DNA of 64,000 nucleotides from Sumerlaeia bacterium (GTDB taxonomy: Bacteria; Sumerlaeota; Sumerlaeia; SLMS01; JAHLLQ01). The notes beneath the pieces were generated by a model. The model searched no databases. It was not told the DNA's origin and saw only the letters and a list, made by a program, of their open reading frames with translations. Shown here in pieces: positions 32,792 to 43,600 of the stretch. Position numbers and translations under genes: made by a program. The stretch spans positions 160,001-224,000 of the forward strand of contig JAVJSW010000049.1 of NCBI GenBank assembly GCA_040219255.1. Direction: 5' to 3'. The stretch's first letter is position 1, and every line of letters starts with the position of its first letter.

Positions 32792-33748
32792 ATGCTTCAG
32801 GATCAGGAAAAACGGGGAGTCTTGGCCATCGCGTTGATGGCGGCCTTTGCCGATGGCGCAAAGGATGAAGCCGAGCGTGAATCGGTGCGTTCGGTGGCCG
32901 AGTCGTTGGATGCCGCCGGGGGCGAGGGAGTCTCCGGCGTGCTGAGCGATGTGATGCTGCGGCGGATCGATGTGGAGGACGCCGCGAATTTGCTGCAAAA
33001 CCCCGAGTCGCGGCAGCTCGCCTTTGAGGTGGCCGTGCAGGTCTGCGATGCGGACGGTTTGCGCAACGAGGCGGAGAACAGCTTCTTGGATCGCCTGAAG
33101 GTGGCGCTGTCGATCAGCGCGGCGGAAGCCGGCGAAGCCACCGCCGCACCCGATGCGCTGGCAACGGCGGCTCCGGATCAAGGCCTGCTTCCTCCCGCCT
33201 TGGCGGCGGTTCCTCAGGAGGCGGAGACGGCAAAGCTGGAAGCTATGATCCTGAACTATGCGATTCTGTGTGGTGCGCTGGAACTGCTTCCCCAATCGAT
33301 CGCCGGAATGGCGGTCATTCCGATGCAGATCAAAATGGTGCATCGAATTGGCGCAGCGCACGGCATGACCCTGGGCACGGAGCAGATCAAGGACTTCCTG
33401 GGTACGTTGGGGGTGGGGTTGACCTCGCAATACCTGGAGACCTTTGGGCGGAAGATGTTGGGAGGATTTCTGAAGCGCCAGGTGGGAAGTCTTGGCGGGA
33501 AGCTCGGAAAGGGTGCGACCAGCGTGGCGATGAGCTTCACGACCACTTATGCCCTGGGCCATGTGGCGTTGCAGTATTATGCGGGCGGCCGGCGGATGAA
33601 TACGGAGACACTTCGCTCAGCGTTCCAGTCGGCGCTCGGCGAAGCGCGGTCGCTCCAGACCCAATACATGCCCGCAATCCAGCAGCAGGCGGCGGGTTTG
33701 GACATGGCGAGCGTCATGAACATGGTGCGGGGCCATCGGACTCCTTAG
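32792..33748 (+). CDS. TerB-like plus DUF697 domain protein
   Basis: LMAAFADG, VCDADG...AE (TerB-like); IPMQIKMVHRIG and FTTTYALG (DUF697-like). Confidence 0.7.
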   Translation: MLQDQEKRGVLAIALMAAFADGAKDEAERESVRSVAESLDAAGGEGVSGVLSDVMLRRIDVEDAANLLQNPESRQLAFEVAVQVCDADGLRNEAENSFLDRLKVALSISAAEAGEATAAPDALATAAPDQGLLPPALAAVPQEAETAKLEAMILNYAILCGALELLPQSIAGMAVIPMQIKMVHRIGAAHGMTLGTEQIKDFLGTLGVGLTSQYLETFGRKMLGGFLKRQVGSLGGKLGKGATSVAMSFTTTYALGHVALQYYAGGRRMNTETLRSAFQSALGEARSLQTQYMPAIQQQAAGLDMASVMNMVRGHRTP

Positions 33749-33927
33749 CGCGGGCTGACTGCTTCGTTGCCCGCGATTCTCTAACTGGCGCTGGCTTCCG
33801 AGGCTGCGCGGCAGCAAGTCGAGTTCTTACCCTCATGGTTGACGCGCGGCGCGCGGCGTCATGAGATGGCGCATCGAATTCGCCATGAGGGGTCTGGAAC
33901 GATGACCTTCGAAGTGCAGGTGCCAAC

Positions 33928-35022
33928 GTGAGCCAGAAAACGCCAGAGCAAACCACGGCGGAAGACTTGACCACCCAGGACCCGGGCCAATTCACCCCGG
34001 CGTTGCTCACCGACCTGCGCGGGCTGATCGCGGAAACCCGCGAACGGGTTGCCGCCGCGGTCAACGCGGGGATGACACTGCTGTATTGGCGCATAGGCGA
34101 ACGGATTCAGCGGGAAATCCTGAAGGGAGAGCGCGCGGAGTACGGGAAGGAGATTGTCGCAGCAGTGGCGCGACAATTGACGGAGGAGTTCGGGAGCAGC
34201 TTTTCCGCCAAGCATCTGCGGCGAATGGTCCAGTTCGCCGAGGTCTTCCCCGACCCAGAGATTGTCGCACCACTGGCGCGACAATTGTCCTGGTCTCATT
34301 TCACGATACTTATCCCCATCGACGAGCCCATCAAGCGGGACTTCTACGCGGAAATGTGCCGGGTGGAACGCTGGAGCCGCCGCACACTCCGCGCCAAAAT
34401 CGACTCCATGCTTTTCGAACGCACCGCCATCTCGCGCAAGCCGGATCAGGTCGCTAAGGCGGAGCTGGAAGCCCTGCGCCTGGAAGACCGCCTGTCGCCC
34501 AGCATGGTCTTCAAAGACCCTTACGTTCTCGACTTCCTCGGGCTTCAGGACCGCTATCTGGAGAAGGATCTGGAAGACGCGATCCTTCGCGAGATCGAGC
34601 GTTTCCTCCTGGAGCTTGGCGAGGGATTCGCCTTTGTCGCCCGCCAGAAACGCCTCGTGATCGACGGCGAGGATTTCACCCTCGACCTGCTATTTTATCA
34701 TCGCCGACTGCGCCGGCTCATCGCCATCGAACTCAAGCTCGGCCGCTTCAAAGCGGGATACAAGAGCCAGATGGAGCTTTATCTGCGGTGGCTGGAGAAA
34801 CACGAAACCCAGCCCGGCGAAGAATCGCCCCTGGGCATCATCCTCTGCGCCGAGACGGGCCACGAGCAGCTCGAACTCCTACAGCTCGATCAGGCCGGAA
34901 TCCACGTCGCCCAGTACCTGACCGGGCTGCCTCCCAAGGAAGTACTGCTACGGCGCCTTCGAATCGCCATCGAAGAGTCGCGCGAACGGTTCGGCGCGGG
35001 CGGGGGTGGGGAGGCCGAGTAG
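33928..35022 (+). CDS. YhcG/DUF1016 PD-(D/E)XK nuclease-family protein
   Basis: LYWRIG, LSWSH, KDPYVLDFL, FLLELGEGFAFVARQ, DLLFYHRRLRRLIAIELK. Confidence 0.93.
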   Translation: MSQKTPEQTTAEDLTTQDPGQFTPALLTDLRGLIAETRERVAAAVNAGMTLLYWRIGERIQREILKGERAEYGKEIVAAVARQLTEEFGSSFSAKHLRRMVQFAEVFPDPEIVAPLARQLSWSHFTILIPIDEPIKRDFYAEMCRVERWSRRTLRAKIDSMLFERTAISRKPDQVAKAELEALRLEDRLSPSMVFKDPYVLDFLGLQDRYLEKDLEDAILREIERFLLELGEGFAFVARQKRLVIDGEDFTLDLLFYHRRLRRLIAIELKLGRFKAGYKSQMELYLRWLEKHETQPGEESPLGIILCAETGHEQLELLQLDQAGIHVAQYLTGLPPKEVLLRRLRIAIEESRERFGAGGGGEAE

Positions 35023-35043
35023 GCGGCGCGAAGGCACCGATTC

Positions 35044-35742
35044 ATGATCGTCTTCAAGTTTCTGCTGATCTGCGCGATGGCCGCCTGGGCCGCATGGGAG
35101 GTCGATGGCTGGGTTGCGCGATTGCTGCTTTGCTGGTCGGCGTTCGCGTTTTTCTGGCTGGCGCTGGCCTATGCGGCGCGGCGGCCCGGGTGGCTTTTCA
35201 AAGATCCGGCCTCGGGGCGGTTGCGATGGCCGAGTTGGTTGTTGCTCGGGCCGTACCACACGCTCAACTTCGTGCTGATGGAGACGGTCGTGCGGTTTTC
35301 GCGCGAGAACCCCTGCGACGAGATCGTGCCGGGGCTTTGGCTGGGGCGGCGGCTGGTGGCGCGGGACCGGGCGATGGCTTGCGAGCGCGATTGGGCGGCG
35401 GTGCTGGATTGCACGGCGGAATTCCGCGAGCCGGATTTTCTCCACCCTGGCGACGGCTTACGCTACTTGAACCTGCGTATTCTGGACACCGGCGCCCCCA
35501 CCGCCGGGGACATCGAGGCGGCGGTGCGGTTTCTCTGCGAGCGCCAGCAGAGCGGTCCGCTCTATGTCCACTGCGCCGCCGGCCACGGCCGCAGCGCCAC
35601 GCTGGTGGCGGCGTACCTGATGCGGCGTGGGCTGGCGGCGACGATGGAGGACGCCGAAGCCCTGATCCGCGAGAAACGCCCCGGGGCGCGGCTGCACGGG
35701 AATCAGCGGCGGGCCTTGCGGGCGTGGGCGGGCGGTGGCTGA
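35044..35742 (+). CDS. membrane-anchored dual-specificity protein phosphatase
   Basis: CX5R motif VHCAAGHGRS, N-terminal TM helices. Confidence 0.88.
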   Translation: MIVFKFLLICAMAAWAAWEVDGWVARLLLCWSAFAFFWLALAYAARRPGWLFKDPASGRLRWPSWLLLGPYHTLNFVLMETVVRFSRENPCDEIVPGLWLGRRLVARDRAMACERDWAAVLDCTAEFREPDFLHPGDGLRYLNLRILDTGAPTAGDIEAAVRFLCERQQSGPLYVHCAAGHGRSATLVAAYLMRRGLAATMEDAEALIREKRPGARLHGNQRRALRAWAGGG

Positions 35743-35747
35743 GGCTC

Positions 35748-36911
35748 TCAGCTCAAACGCCGCCGCCTAAGCACCGCCGCCGCCCCACCGCCCAAGACTC
35801 CCAGCGCGGCCAACGCCGCGATCCAGATGGGGAAGCGCCTTGGCCTGCCGGGCTCCGGCGAAGGACCCGCAGTTCGCGCGGTGCGCGGTGATACCTGCCT
35901 GTTTGCCGGAGGCTCCGCGGCTTGTTCGACGGCCCCAGCCGCCGCGTCCTCAGGCGCCGGGCGCGGGGCAAGCTCACCCGCCAGCGCAGCGATTTTCTCC
36001 AGATCTTCCCGCCGGGGCGAATCGAGGCGGTGTTGCGACACCGTGCCATCCGGAGCGGACCGGTGGTGCGTGATGACCGTTCCCGGCAGAGGCTCCGGTG
36101 CCTGCGCCCAATGCGCGGCGAAGTCTGGGTTCACGATAACCCGCTCGAAACGATGGATGATCGTTTGGTTCTCCCCCTCGTCATAGTGGGTGACCGTGCT
36201 TCGCTGCGGAACCAGGAGAACCGGCTCCCCCTCCGACGGGAAAAATTCGGCGTTCTGGATCGTCTTGAACAGTTTGCCCTGGCGGTAGAACTCGATCCGG
36301 CCAAAAGGTCCGTCCTTTCCATCGAGCGGATAAACCCGGCAGGACGCGACGGGCTCGAGCGAGCCCAAGTCATGGACCACGATATCGTGATAGGTTTCCC
36401 CGCCCGGCGCGGTCTCGAAGGCGGGAGGAGAGCCCCCCAAATTCTCGCCCGATTCCTGAGCCATCTTCTGAAGCCAAGGCATAATGCCATAACCGGTCAA
36501 TTCGTAGAAGCTTGTGCTTTCAAATTGTGAGTCTTCATAATAATCGAGTTGGTTTGCACCCCCGCCCAAATGGAAGATCGCGTCTTGCCCGGAGGAGAGG
36601 AAGAAGTAGCTCAATTGTGCATCGTGCTGAGACACATCTGCCAAGGAGACGGTTTGGCTTGGGTCTACTTCCAAGATGGATGCTAGGGACTCAGGATAAG
36701 AGAGGACAGTTGCCCACTCCATCGTATGCAGCGCCATGTTTTTCTCGGTGTAAGACTCGCCGGAGGGATTGGACACCTCCACGCGAGAGATAGCGAAGAC
36801 GGCGGGGGCGCGGCCGATGCCCTGACCAAAGGAGAGAGCGGCGGGGGCCAGCAGTGCCAAGCACACCAGCGCTCCATGGCATGCTGTGGAGTTGCCCAAG
36901 CATCTCTTCAT
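35748..36911 (-). CDS. secreted hypothetical protein with a C-terminal TM helix and Arg-rich tail
   Basis: Signal peptide, Pro/Ala linker, IWIAALAALGVLGGGAAAVLRRRRLS. Confidence 0.65.
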   Translation of the reverse strand: MKRCLGNSTACHGALVCLALLAPAALSFGQGIGRAPAVFAISRVEVSNPSGESYTEKNMALHTMEWATVLSYPESLASILEVDPSQTVSLADVSQHDAQLSYFFLSSGQDAIFHLGGGANQLDYYEDSQFESTSFYELTGYGIMPWLQKMAQESGENLGGSPPAFETAPGGETYHDIVVHDLGSLEPVASCRVYPLDGKDGPFGRIEFYRQGKLFKTIQNAEFFPSEGEPVLLVPQRSTVTHYDEGENQTIIHRFERVIVNPDFAAHWAQAPEPLPGTVITHHRSAPDGTVSQHRLDSPRREDLEKIAALAGELAPRPAPEDAAAGAVEQAAEPPANRQVSPRTARTAGPSPEPGRPRRFPIWIAALAALGVLGGGAAAVLRRRRLS

Positions 36912-36969
36912 CGCAAGTCTGGTCCTGAGCGGCGGTTAGTCGAAGACTAAGAAGTTCTGCGGCCTTCCC

Positions 36970-39900
36970 TCAAGGCCAATCGAACGACACCACGCGCACG
37001 TTCTCGATGTACAGCTCGGCGTCGCGCACGGTGGACGTGCCGAAGTAGAAGATTTCATCGAGCGCCACAACGAGTTGCTCGCCGCCGTCGAAGCCCTCGC
37101 CCTCGGGGACCGCGAGGTAAACCGAGTAGGTTTTCGCTCCGGCGCTCGAGGGGCCAATGTCGCCAATCAGGGAGGCGTTGATGACGGTGGTGTGCGAGAG
37201 GCGGAAGCCGGTCTCGTTCACGCGGGGGCGGATGGTGGGAACCATCGACGACGCGGGCATGTCGGTGCCGAGGGTGAAGTCGGCGCGGTAAAGTCGCCCC
37301 GGCTCGATGGCGACGCGGTCGGCGAGGGCGGGTTCCCACCAGCGGAAGACGACCTGGGGCGGTGAGCCGAGTTCGCCGCCGTCGCCCTTGGCCGAAAGCA
37401 CCAGGACGCCATCGCGCCAGGCCGCACCGGGGCCGAAGTAGGGGCCGAACGCGGTGAAGGAACTCCAGCCCTGGGTGCCGTCCTCAAAAGTCCATTCGCG
37501 CTCGAGCCGCTCGGGGCCAAAGGCGCCCTGGCGGGCGATATCGACTTCCCAGCGGTCGAGACCGAGCGTCGCCCGGGGCGCGTCCACGCCGCCGCCGTTG
37601 ACGACATCGAAGGCGAAGTTGAAGAGCGGCAGCGCCCCGCCCGCCGGGATCACAACGGTGTAGTCGCGGGCGTGGGTCAATGTCGGCGAGAAGGCGCCAG
37701 CGCCGCTGCTGTCGACGGCGAAGTCGGTGCCGAACTGCACGCCTTCGCGCAGGGTGCGCAGGCGGAAGCGGGGAACGAGGGCGCTGTCCATCTGGTCGCT
37801 CATGACGCGGGCGCGCAGGATGTAAGCTTCCACGTCGGCGAAGTCCTCGGGCACAATGGGGTCGGCGAGAGGCCGAGGGCCCGAGTCCCAGAAGCCGAAA
37901 GCGCTCAGGTTGCTCGTGGTGCGCAGAGCCAGCACGCCGCGATCCGACGCCAGCTCGACGCCCTCCAGATCGCCAAGCGGGCCCTCTTCCGGAACCCATC
38001 CATGGCCGGATTCGAGAAAGTCGTAGGCTAGGTCCGGCAGCGGGCTCTCGCCGTCCGTGGCCGCCGCGGGGGCGGGGCCGGCGGCGATGCGGGTGTGGCT
38101 GGAGGTGCTGGTGAGAACGTATTCAGACAGTTCGCGAATGGCGGCAGGGATGCCGGAGGCGAAGGCGTCGACGGCGCCCGAAGCGAGGTCCACCCGCGCG
38201 ATGTGGCTGGCTCCATTCTGAGCCAGAAAAACTGCGCCTTCATCCGTGGAAAGGACAACGTCGGAGGTCTGGTTCAGGTCGAACTCAGGAAAAGGGGCGG
38301 TATCGTAGGTCAGCGGGTTCACGTCTTGGCTGGCGGGGTCGTAGGTGACGAGTTGGGCGGGGAAGGTTTCGTGGAGGAGATAGGTCTCGCCCGGTCCGGC
38401 GGTGGCGTAGGCGGTCTTGCGGGCGAACTGGGGAACGAGGGCCAGGTCGCGCAGCACCATGTAGGTCTCGAAACCGGGCGGTACGGGCGGCGTGACTTGC
38501 AGATAGCGCACCTCGCCCGAGGCCAACTGGCGCGAGGGAAGGGGGATAATCGATTCGAAGATTGCGTAATAGTCGCGGAAGTCGCGCGAACTCTCCATGC
38601 GTTCCAGATCGAACGTCAGGGTGGCATCCGGATCGATTCCGCTGATAATGGCCTGGACTGGCAGCCTGAAGGCGCGATCGTTCAGATCGATGGTGGCCCG
38701 CAACAGGACGTGGCTCGCCCGCAGGTCTTCCTCGATTTCGACGGTCGCTTCGGCAAGCGAGAGGGGCGATTCCGGCTGCCTGATCAGGGTCTGGGTCGTC
38801 ATGGAAATGGGAGCATGAGCGAAATTCTCGTAGTTCCCTTCCCGATCCGCCAGCAAGAGCGGGTTCTCATTCGTCTGATTGGCGACCACCAGGTACTTCC
38901 CGTCCGTCGCGACGTCGACGGAGCGGGGATAACCCAGCATCGGAATGGCCGGGCTGACAGTCGGAGTCGTGCCGGGATCGTCGGCCGGGATTGTGATGAA
39001 CCGGAATTCTTCGCCTTGGACGGTCGCCACGAGCACGATTTCGCCCGTCTCGGTCACATCAATGAAGGGGGCGATGTTCGACCGTTGGACGTACTGCCCG
39101 GCGCTCGTGAAATGATTCGGGAGAATCCGATCCAGCGCCGGCACGACTTCCTCCCGGTCGCCGCTGATCGGATCGACCCGCATGACGCGGGGGCGGTCGT
39201 AGCCGCCATCGAGCACATACAGTTGGCCATCGGGGGCGATGTCGAGGTCGAGCAGGTCCGCGAATGCCGGCCCCTCGCCGCGCTGAACCAGCAGGCGGGG
39301 CTCGGGGAAATCGGCGAGGGCTTCGATGGAAGCCGCGCCGAGATCTGGCGTGGTCGTGAACCAGAGCCCGGGGGCGCGCTCGCGGATGTCGAGGGCTCCG
39401 GTGGGGTCGGCCAAGCTGGATTTGGGCGTGGAAGGACCTCCCCATCGGCGGTAGACGAGTTCACTGGTTGCAGGACCGCTCTCGGGAATCTGGGCGATCC
39501 TCAGTCCATCGCCCGTGATGGTGGAAATTGGTAGCGAACCTGTGTCGGCCCAATGGCTGGCGGAATAAGGCAGGTGCTGAACTAGCTCTAAGAATCGCAA
39601 GCTGCCATCTTCGTTCAAGACTTCTTCGGCCACGGTTCCATCCGGCGAAAAATAGACCGCCGAGGCATCGATTTCTTCGTTGTAGGGGATTTCTCCCGCT
39701 CGTGTTACCAGAAGGGTCTCTTCTGGCGTCACAACCGCCATGACCTGCTCCTGAGCGAAGTCGAAGTCCGTCAAAGAGAGAACGCCGGCCTCGCCGAGGA
39801 TCGCCAGTTCTTCGTCCCTATGGTAGGGTATACCACTTCTCGCTATCCGCCAGTCACGGAGCAACCCCACGCTCCCCCCGAACACATGCAACTGGCGCGC

Positions 39901-40413
39901 GAAGCGGAAGCTGTCGGGCAAGCCGTTCAGGCCGGTGAAATCGTTCAGGTCGGTGGCGAGGCGTTCGAACATCCAGGCGCCGTCTTGCCTTTGACCTTTG
40001 AAGAGGACGAAAGAGTGTCGCCAATTCTCAGTAGCCTCGTCCCCCAGAACGTAAGCCGTCCCACCATCGCGCGACACGCCGACGAGCAAGAAAGTAACGG
40101 ATTCCGGGCTTTCGGCCACTTTCTCAACGTTGCCGAAATCCATGTTGTAGTGCACGATGGAGCGCCGGCCGGGCGGAATGAAAAGGGCTTCCGAGGGATT
40201 GATGAAGGCGAAGCTCTCGCACTCGATGGGGATGGTGGCACTGACGATGCGGGGTTCGCGGCCGGGGCTGTCTTCCTCGACGGCGTAAATGGCCGAGGTG
40301 CGCGGATCGGCGATGTAGAGGATGGCGCCCGCCGAAGCGGGCGGCGGCGCCAAGGCCAACAGACCTCCAGCGAAGAACAGGCTCGTCAGGAAACGGTGGG
40401 GCTGGGCGGTCAT
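36970..40413 (-). CDS. large secreted hypothetical protein (beta-propeller-like segments, duplicated C-terminal domain)
   Basis: 1147-aa ORF, signal peptide, DLDIAPDGQLYVLD-type blades. Confidence 0.7.
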   Translation of the reverse strand: MTAQPHRFLTSLFFAGGLLALAPPPASAGAILYIADPRTSAIYAVEEDSPGREPRIVSATIPIECESFAFINPSEALFIPPGRRSIVHYNMDFGNVEKVAESPESVTFLLVGVSRDGGTAYVLGDEATENWRHSFVLFKGQRQDGAWMFERLATDLNDFTGLNGLPDSFRFARQLHVFGGSVGLLRDWRIARSGIPYHRDEELAILGEAGVLSLTDFDFAQEQVMAVVTPEETLLVTRAGEIPYNEEIDASAVYFSPDGTVAEEVLNEDGSLRFLELVQHLPYSASHWADTGSLPISTITGDGLRIAQIPESGPATSELVYRRWGGPSTPKSSLADPTGALDIRERAPGLWFTTTPDLGAASIEALADFPEPRLLVQRGEGPAFADLLDLDIAPDGQLYVLDGGYDRPRVMRVDPISGDREEVVPALDRILPNHFTSAGQYVQRSNIAPFIDVTETGEIVLVATVQGEEFRFITIPADDPGTTPTVSPAIPMLGYPRSVDVATDGKYLVVANQTNENPLLLADREGNYENFAHAPISMTTQTLIRQPESPLSLAEATVEIEEDLRASHVLLRATIDLNDRAFRLPVQAIISGIDPDATLTFDLERMESSRDFRDYYAIFESIIPLPSRQLASGEVRYLQVTPPVPPGFETYMVLRDLALVPQFARKTAYATAGPGETYLLHETFPAQLVTYDPASQDVNPLTYDTAPFPEFDLNQTSDVVLSTDEGAVFLAQNGASHIARVDLASGAVDAFASGIPAAIRELSEYVLTSTSSHTRIAAGPAPAAATDGESPLPDLAYDFLESGHGWVPEEGPLGDLEGVELASDRGVLALRTTSNLSAFGFWDSGPRPLADPIVPEDFADVEAYILRARVMSDQMDSALVPRFRLRTLREGVQFGTDFAVDSSGAGAFSPTLTHARDYTVVIPAGGALPLFNFAFDVVNGGGVDAPRATLGLDRWEVDIARQGAFGPERLEREWTFEDGTQGWSSFTAFGPYFGPGAAWRDGVLVLSAKGDGGELGSPPQVVFRWWEPALADRVAIEPGRLYRADFTLGTDMPASSMVPTIRPRVNETGFRLSHTTVINASLIGDIGPSSAGAKTYSVYLAVPEGEGFDGGEQLVVALDEIFYFGTSTVRDAELYIENVRVVSFDWP

Positions 40414-40682
40414 GCGGAGAGTGCTCCCGGTCAGGAGGTGGAATTTGGATTCAAAGAAAGAATTCGAGAGAATCGTTGAGCCTGGAGTGAACGGTTGGCA
40501 AGAGAAAGTTTGATTTTGAATTTAGGGGACGAAGGAAGGGCCACCGTTCCCGTGCGATTGGGGGCCTTGCAATCGCCTTCTGCAATCACATCCTGTATTG
40601 ACGAGGCCCGTCGTTGCTGTCAGTCTCGCGGGACTTTATCACGCACCTTTTTGGACCGCGAAAGGCCGGGCGGCAAGAGCTT

Positions 40683-43600
40683 ATGGGCGCGGAGCTTCTG
40701 ACCCAAATCTATCTCTCCACCATTTACGTGGTGGCGCTCGTGGCGTTTTTATACCTGCACCTGATTTTGCGGCGCACGTATTTTCTGCTGTGGGCGGGTG
40801 CGTGGTCCTGCGTCCTGCTGCGTTCGCTGTTGCGCATCCATGTGATCGAGAACAGCATGGACGGCGCCACCGAGGCGGAGGTTTTCATTTTCGAAGCCAT
40901 CGGGAACCTGGTGCTGTACCTGGGGTTGTTGTCCTCGGCGGCGGGCGTGTATCTGTTTTTCCGGCGAAAAGTGCCCGAGCACATCATCTACGTGGTCGGT
41001 CTCGGGGGTGTGGTGCTGGGCGCGATGCCGCTGGCGCTGGTGGATGGGCGCCTGTTCCTCAAGGCCTTGCTGGCCGGGGTGCTGGTCGGCGGGGCCACCA
41101 TCGCCAACGGCCTGCTGTTTTTCCTGATCCATAAGGGGCCGAAGTCGATCAGCGTGACGCTGACAGGCGCGCTGCTGATTCTGGGCGGGACCTATCGGAT
41201 CCTGCTGCCGTTTCTCTCTCCGGTTTACTATTTGCCCGAGGTATCGGGTTACGGCGATTCGCTCTTGCTGCCGATCTTCGAGGTCTTCATCACGCTGCTG
41301 GTACTCTGCCTTTCCGTGGTGATCGCGCTCGAGCAAGTGCGCGGCGATCTGATCGACAGCGAACGGCGATTCCGGCACTTTTTCGAAGGCGCCAGCGATC
41401 CGATTTTCTTGGTCGATCCGGAAGACGGACGCATCCACAATGTGAACCCGCGATGCAGCGACTTGCTCGGCTACGAGCAGAGCCAGCTCCTGACGATGAG
41501 GATTCAGGACTTGGCGGCGCCGGAGCAGGGAACCTCCCCCGCCGGGCTGCTGAGCAAACTGCGCTACAAAGGCACCGGGCCCGACGTGGTGCAGACGCAC
41601 CACCGCCATCGCGACGGCCGGCTCATTCCCATTAGCCTGACCCGCGCGCCCATTCGCGTGGATGGACGCGACATGCTGATCGTCCACACCCGCGACATCA
41701 GCGACCTGCGCGCCCAGGAGCGGGCCCTGGCCAGCCGCATCAGCCAGCTCCAGGCCGTCCAGCGCATCGCCACGGTGCTGACGCGAACCCTCTCGGTGCA
41801 GGACATCGGTCCGGTGCTGTTCGAGAGTTTGCAGCGCCTTCTCGACCTGGATTTCTTCGCCGTGGACCGCCTGGCGGGGACGCCCGAGAACCCCATCCCC
41901 CTGCCCATTTCCGCCATGAAGGTGGTCAACGGCGTCATGACGCGCATGCCCACCACGGGCGAGACGGGTCTGCGCCACGCGGGGGGCGGGTTGACCCTGG
42001 AAGAGTTGCAGCCGCTGATCGAGGACCGCCACGCGCGGCTCGTGCGCCGCACGCAGGAAGAGGCCGATATCGCCTCCGATTATCCCGGCGCCTGCCGCAC
42101 GCTCATTGTGCTTCCTATGATCGCGGGCGACGAAGTCATCGGCCTGCTCTCCCTCGGGTCGAGCCAGCCCCACGCGTTCGACGGCGGCCAGATCGATCTG
42201 CTGCAACACACCGCCTCCATCGCCGCCATCGCGCTGCGCAACGCCATGCTCTATGAAACGCAGCAGGCGCAGACGCTTCGCCAGAAAACCATCGCCGATC
42301 TGGGCCCGCGGCTGATCACCGAGCACGATTCGGTGCAGGTGGCGGCCGTGGTGGCCGAAGCGCTGCGCGAGTTCCTGGATTTGCAGGGGGTCGAGATTTG
42401 GCTGTGCAGCGAAGATCCCCACGTCAGCCACCTGACGCTCCAGTACCCGGTGCGCGAGGCTAACCCGATCGCGTTGGCGGGCGGGGCCGAAGCCCAAACC
42501 ATCGACATGAACGCCATCCGCGCGTGCTTCGCGGCGGGGCGCGAATTCGTCATCAACAATTGCTCGAAATCGCCGCTCATTCCCCGCTCCTGGCGCGAGG
42601 AACTGGGTCTGCTGTCATGCCTCGCGGCGCCAATCCTGGTGGGCCAGCGCGCCATCGGCGTCATCCGCCTCGATTGCACCACCCGTTACAACCGGTTCCA
42701 GGACGAAGACGTGGAATTCGTCCGCCTCGTCACCCAGATCGCGGCGGCGGCGCTGGAAAGCTCGCGCCTCTTCCAACGCGTCCAGGCCAGCGAGCAGCGC
42801 TTCAGCCAACTGATCCAGGCCAGCAGCATCGGCATCGCCATCCTGCGCGACGACCGGCTGGAATTCGCCAACGCCACCTTCCAGGACATGCTCGATCTGG
42901 CGGACCTGCCGATCACGGCCCTGTCCATTTTCGAGATGGTGCCCGAGGAAAACGAGGCCGCCTGGCAACGCATGCTCGAGCTGGCCGCCAAGGGCCGCGA
43001 GGGCCACATCGAGGGATGGATGCAGCGCCCCGACGGCAACCGCATCTGGGCCGAGGTCAGCGCCGGCCTGATCAATTACGGTGGCGTCCGGGCGATCCAG
43101 CTCCTGGTGGAAGACGTGACCGAAAAGCGCGCCGCCGAAGCTCAGCGCGCCAGCGATCTGCGCGTGCGCTCGATCGGCACGCTGACCGCCGGCATCGGCC
43201 AGGATTTCCAGGAATTGTTCAGCGCCATGCTGGGCCACATCGGCTACCTGAAGATGCAGATCGGCAGCCCCTTCGGCAGTTCCGGCATGGACACCGAGCC
43301 GCTCGAAAGCAGCATCCTGGCCGTCGAAGGCGCCATCATGCGGGCGCTCGATTTCACGCGCCAGCTCATGTCCTTCGCCGAGACCAGCGAAGGCGGCGTC
43401 GCCATCCTCGACATCAACGGCGTCGTGATGTCGGCTTCCAAGCTCTACGAGAACCTGCCGAGCGAACGCCCCCGCATGAAGTTTGCCCTCGCCCCCGATA
43501 CGCCGCGCCTGCGCGGCAGCGAAGACCAACTGCGCCAGGCCCTGCTGAACCTGATGGTGGCGCTGGGCGAGCGCGCTGGCGAGAACAACACGCTGCTGGT

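Noticed and set aside
33928-35022. YhcG nuclease as a Cas4-like adaptation partner or novel defence system
   Set aside because: Common stand-alone DUF1016 gene 12 kb from the array with no linking evidence.
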